A DNA stretch of 64,000 nucleotides, taken from contig OZ316896.1 of assembly GCA_973895155.1 (NCBI GenBank), positions 14,852,684-14,916,683 on the forward strand, given 5' to 3'. A program made the position numbers and the translations under genes. This document shows positions 63,791 to 64,000 of this stretch, piece after piece. Each line of letters begins with the position of its first letter. Position 1 is the stretch's first letter. The DNA is from Marsupella aquatica (taxonomy: Eukaryota; Plantae; Marchantiophyta). Under the pieces are notes generated by a model that saw only the letters and a list, made by a program, of their open reading frames with translations, had not been told where the DNA came from and did not search any database.

Positions 63791-64000
63791 TTTGGCTCTG
63801 GTGATAGTCATTCAGGTTTTCCTAGAACTGATCAAAGTGGTGGACATGCAAATAGGCAGTTCACCAAATGTGACCAACATATGAAATTCAAACTAACAAG
63901 TCATGGATGTTTTGCGGCCCTTCAAGTTTGAGACTCCCTACTCCCACAGCTCAGGTTTGAGCTAGTAGGGGGTGTCTAACATGCCCCCAATACCCTACTA

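Overview
Eukaryotic, intron-rich land-plant genomic DNA; a non-seed plant such as a bryophyte is my inference from gene style. Six spliced protein-coding genes could be reconstructed by hand: importin-9 (+, about 33 exons), histone H2A.X (+), a PWWP-domain protein (-), quinolinate phosphoribosyltransferase (+), FHIT (+) and TATA-binding protein (-). Positions 1-10 kb, 22-37 kb, 50-52 kb and >62.7 kb are intergenic and hold decayed LINE, LTR, CACTA and MITE remnants and tandem repeats. The main observations are: (1) an obligate 3-nt micro-exon in FHIT between a GT-AG intron and a minor-spliceosome AT-AC intron; (2) an array of mostly co-oriented TATA boxes in the TBP gene's own 5' region, plus a candidate poison exon and an intron-split stop codon, together suggesting TBP autoregulation; (3) a 61-bp duplication of a QPRT splice acceptor that creates a recursive AG|GT site; (4) an AT-AC intron and two GC-AG introns in importin-9; (5) importin-9 lying near genes for two known Imp9/Kap114 cargoes, H2A and TBP. 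All exon models are manual and need RNA-seq confirmation.
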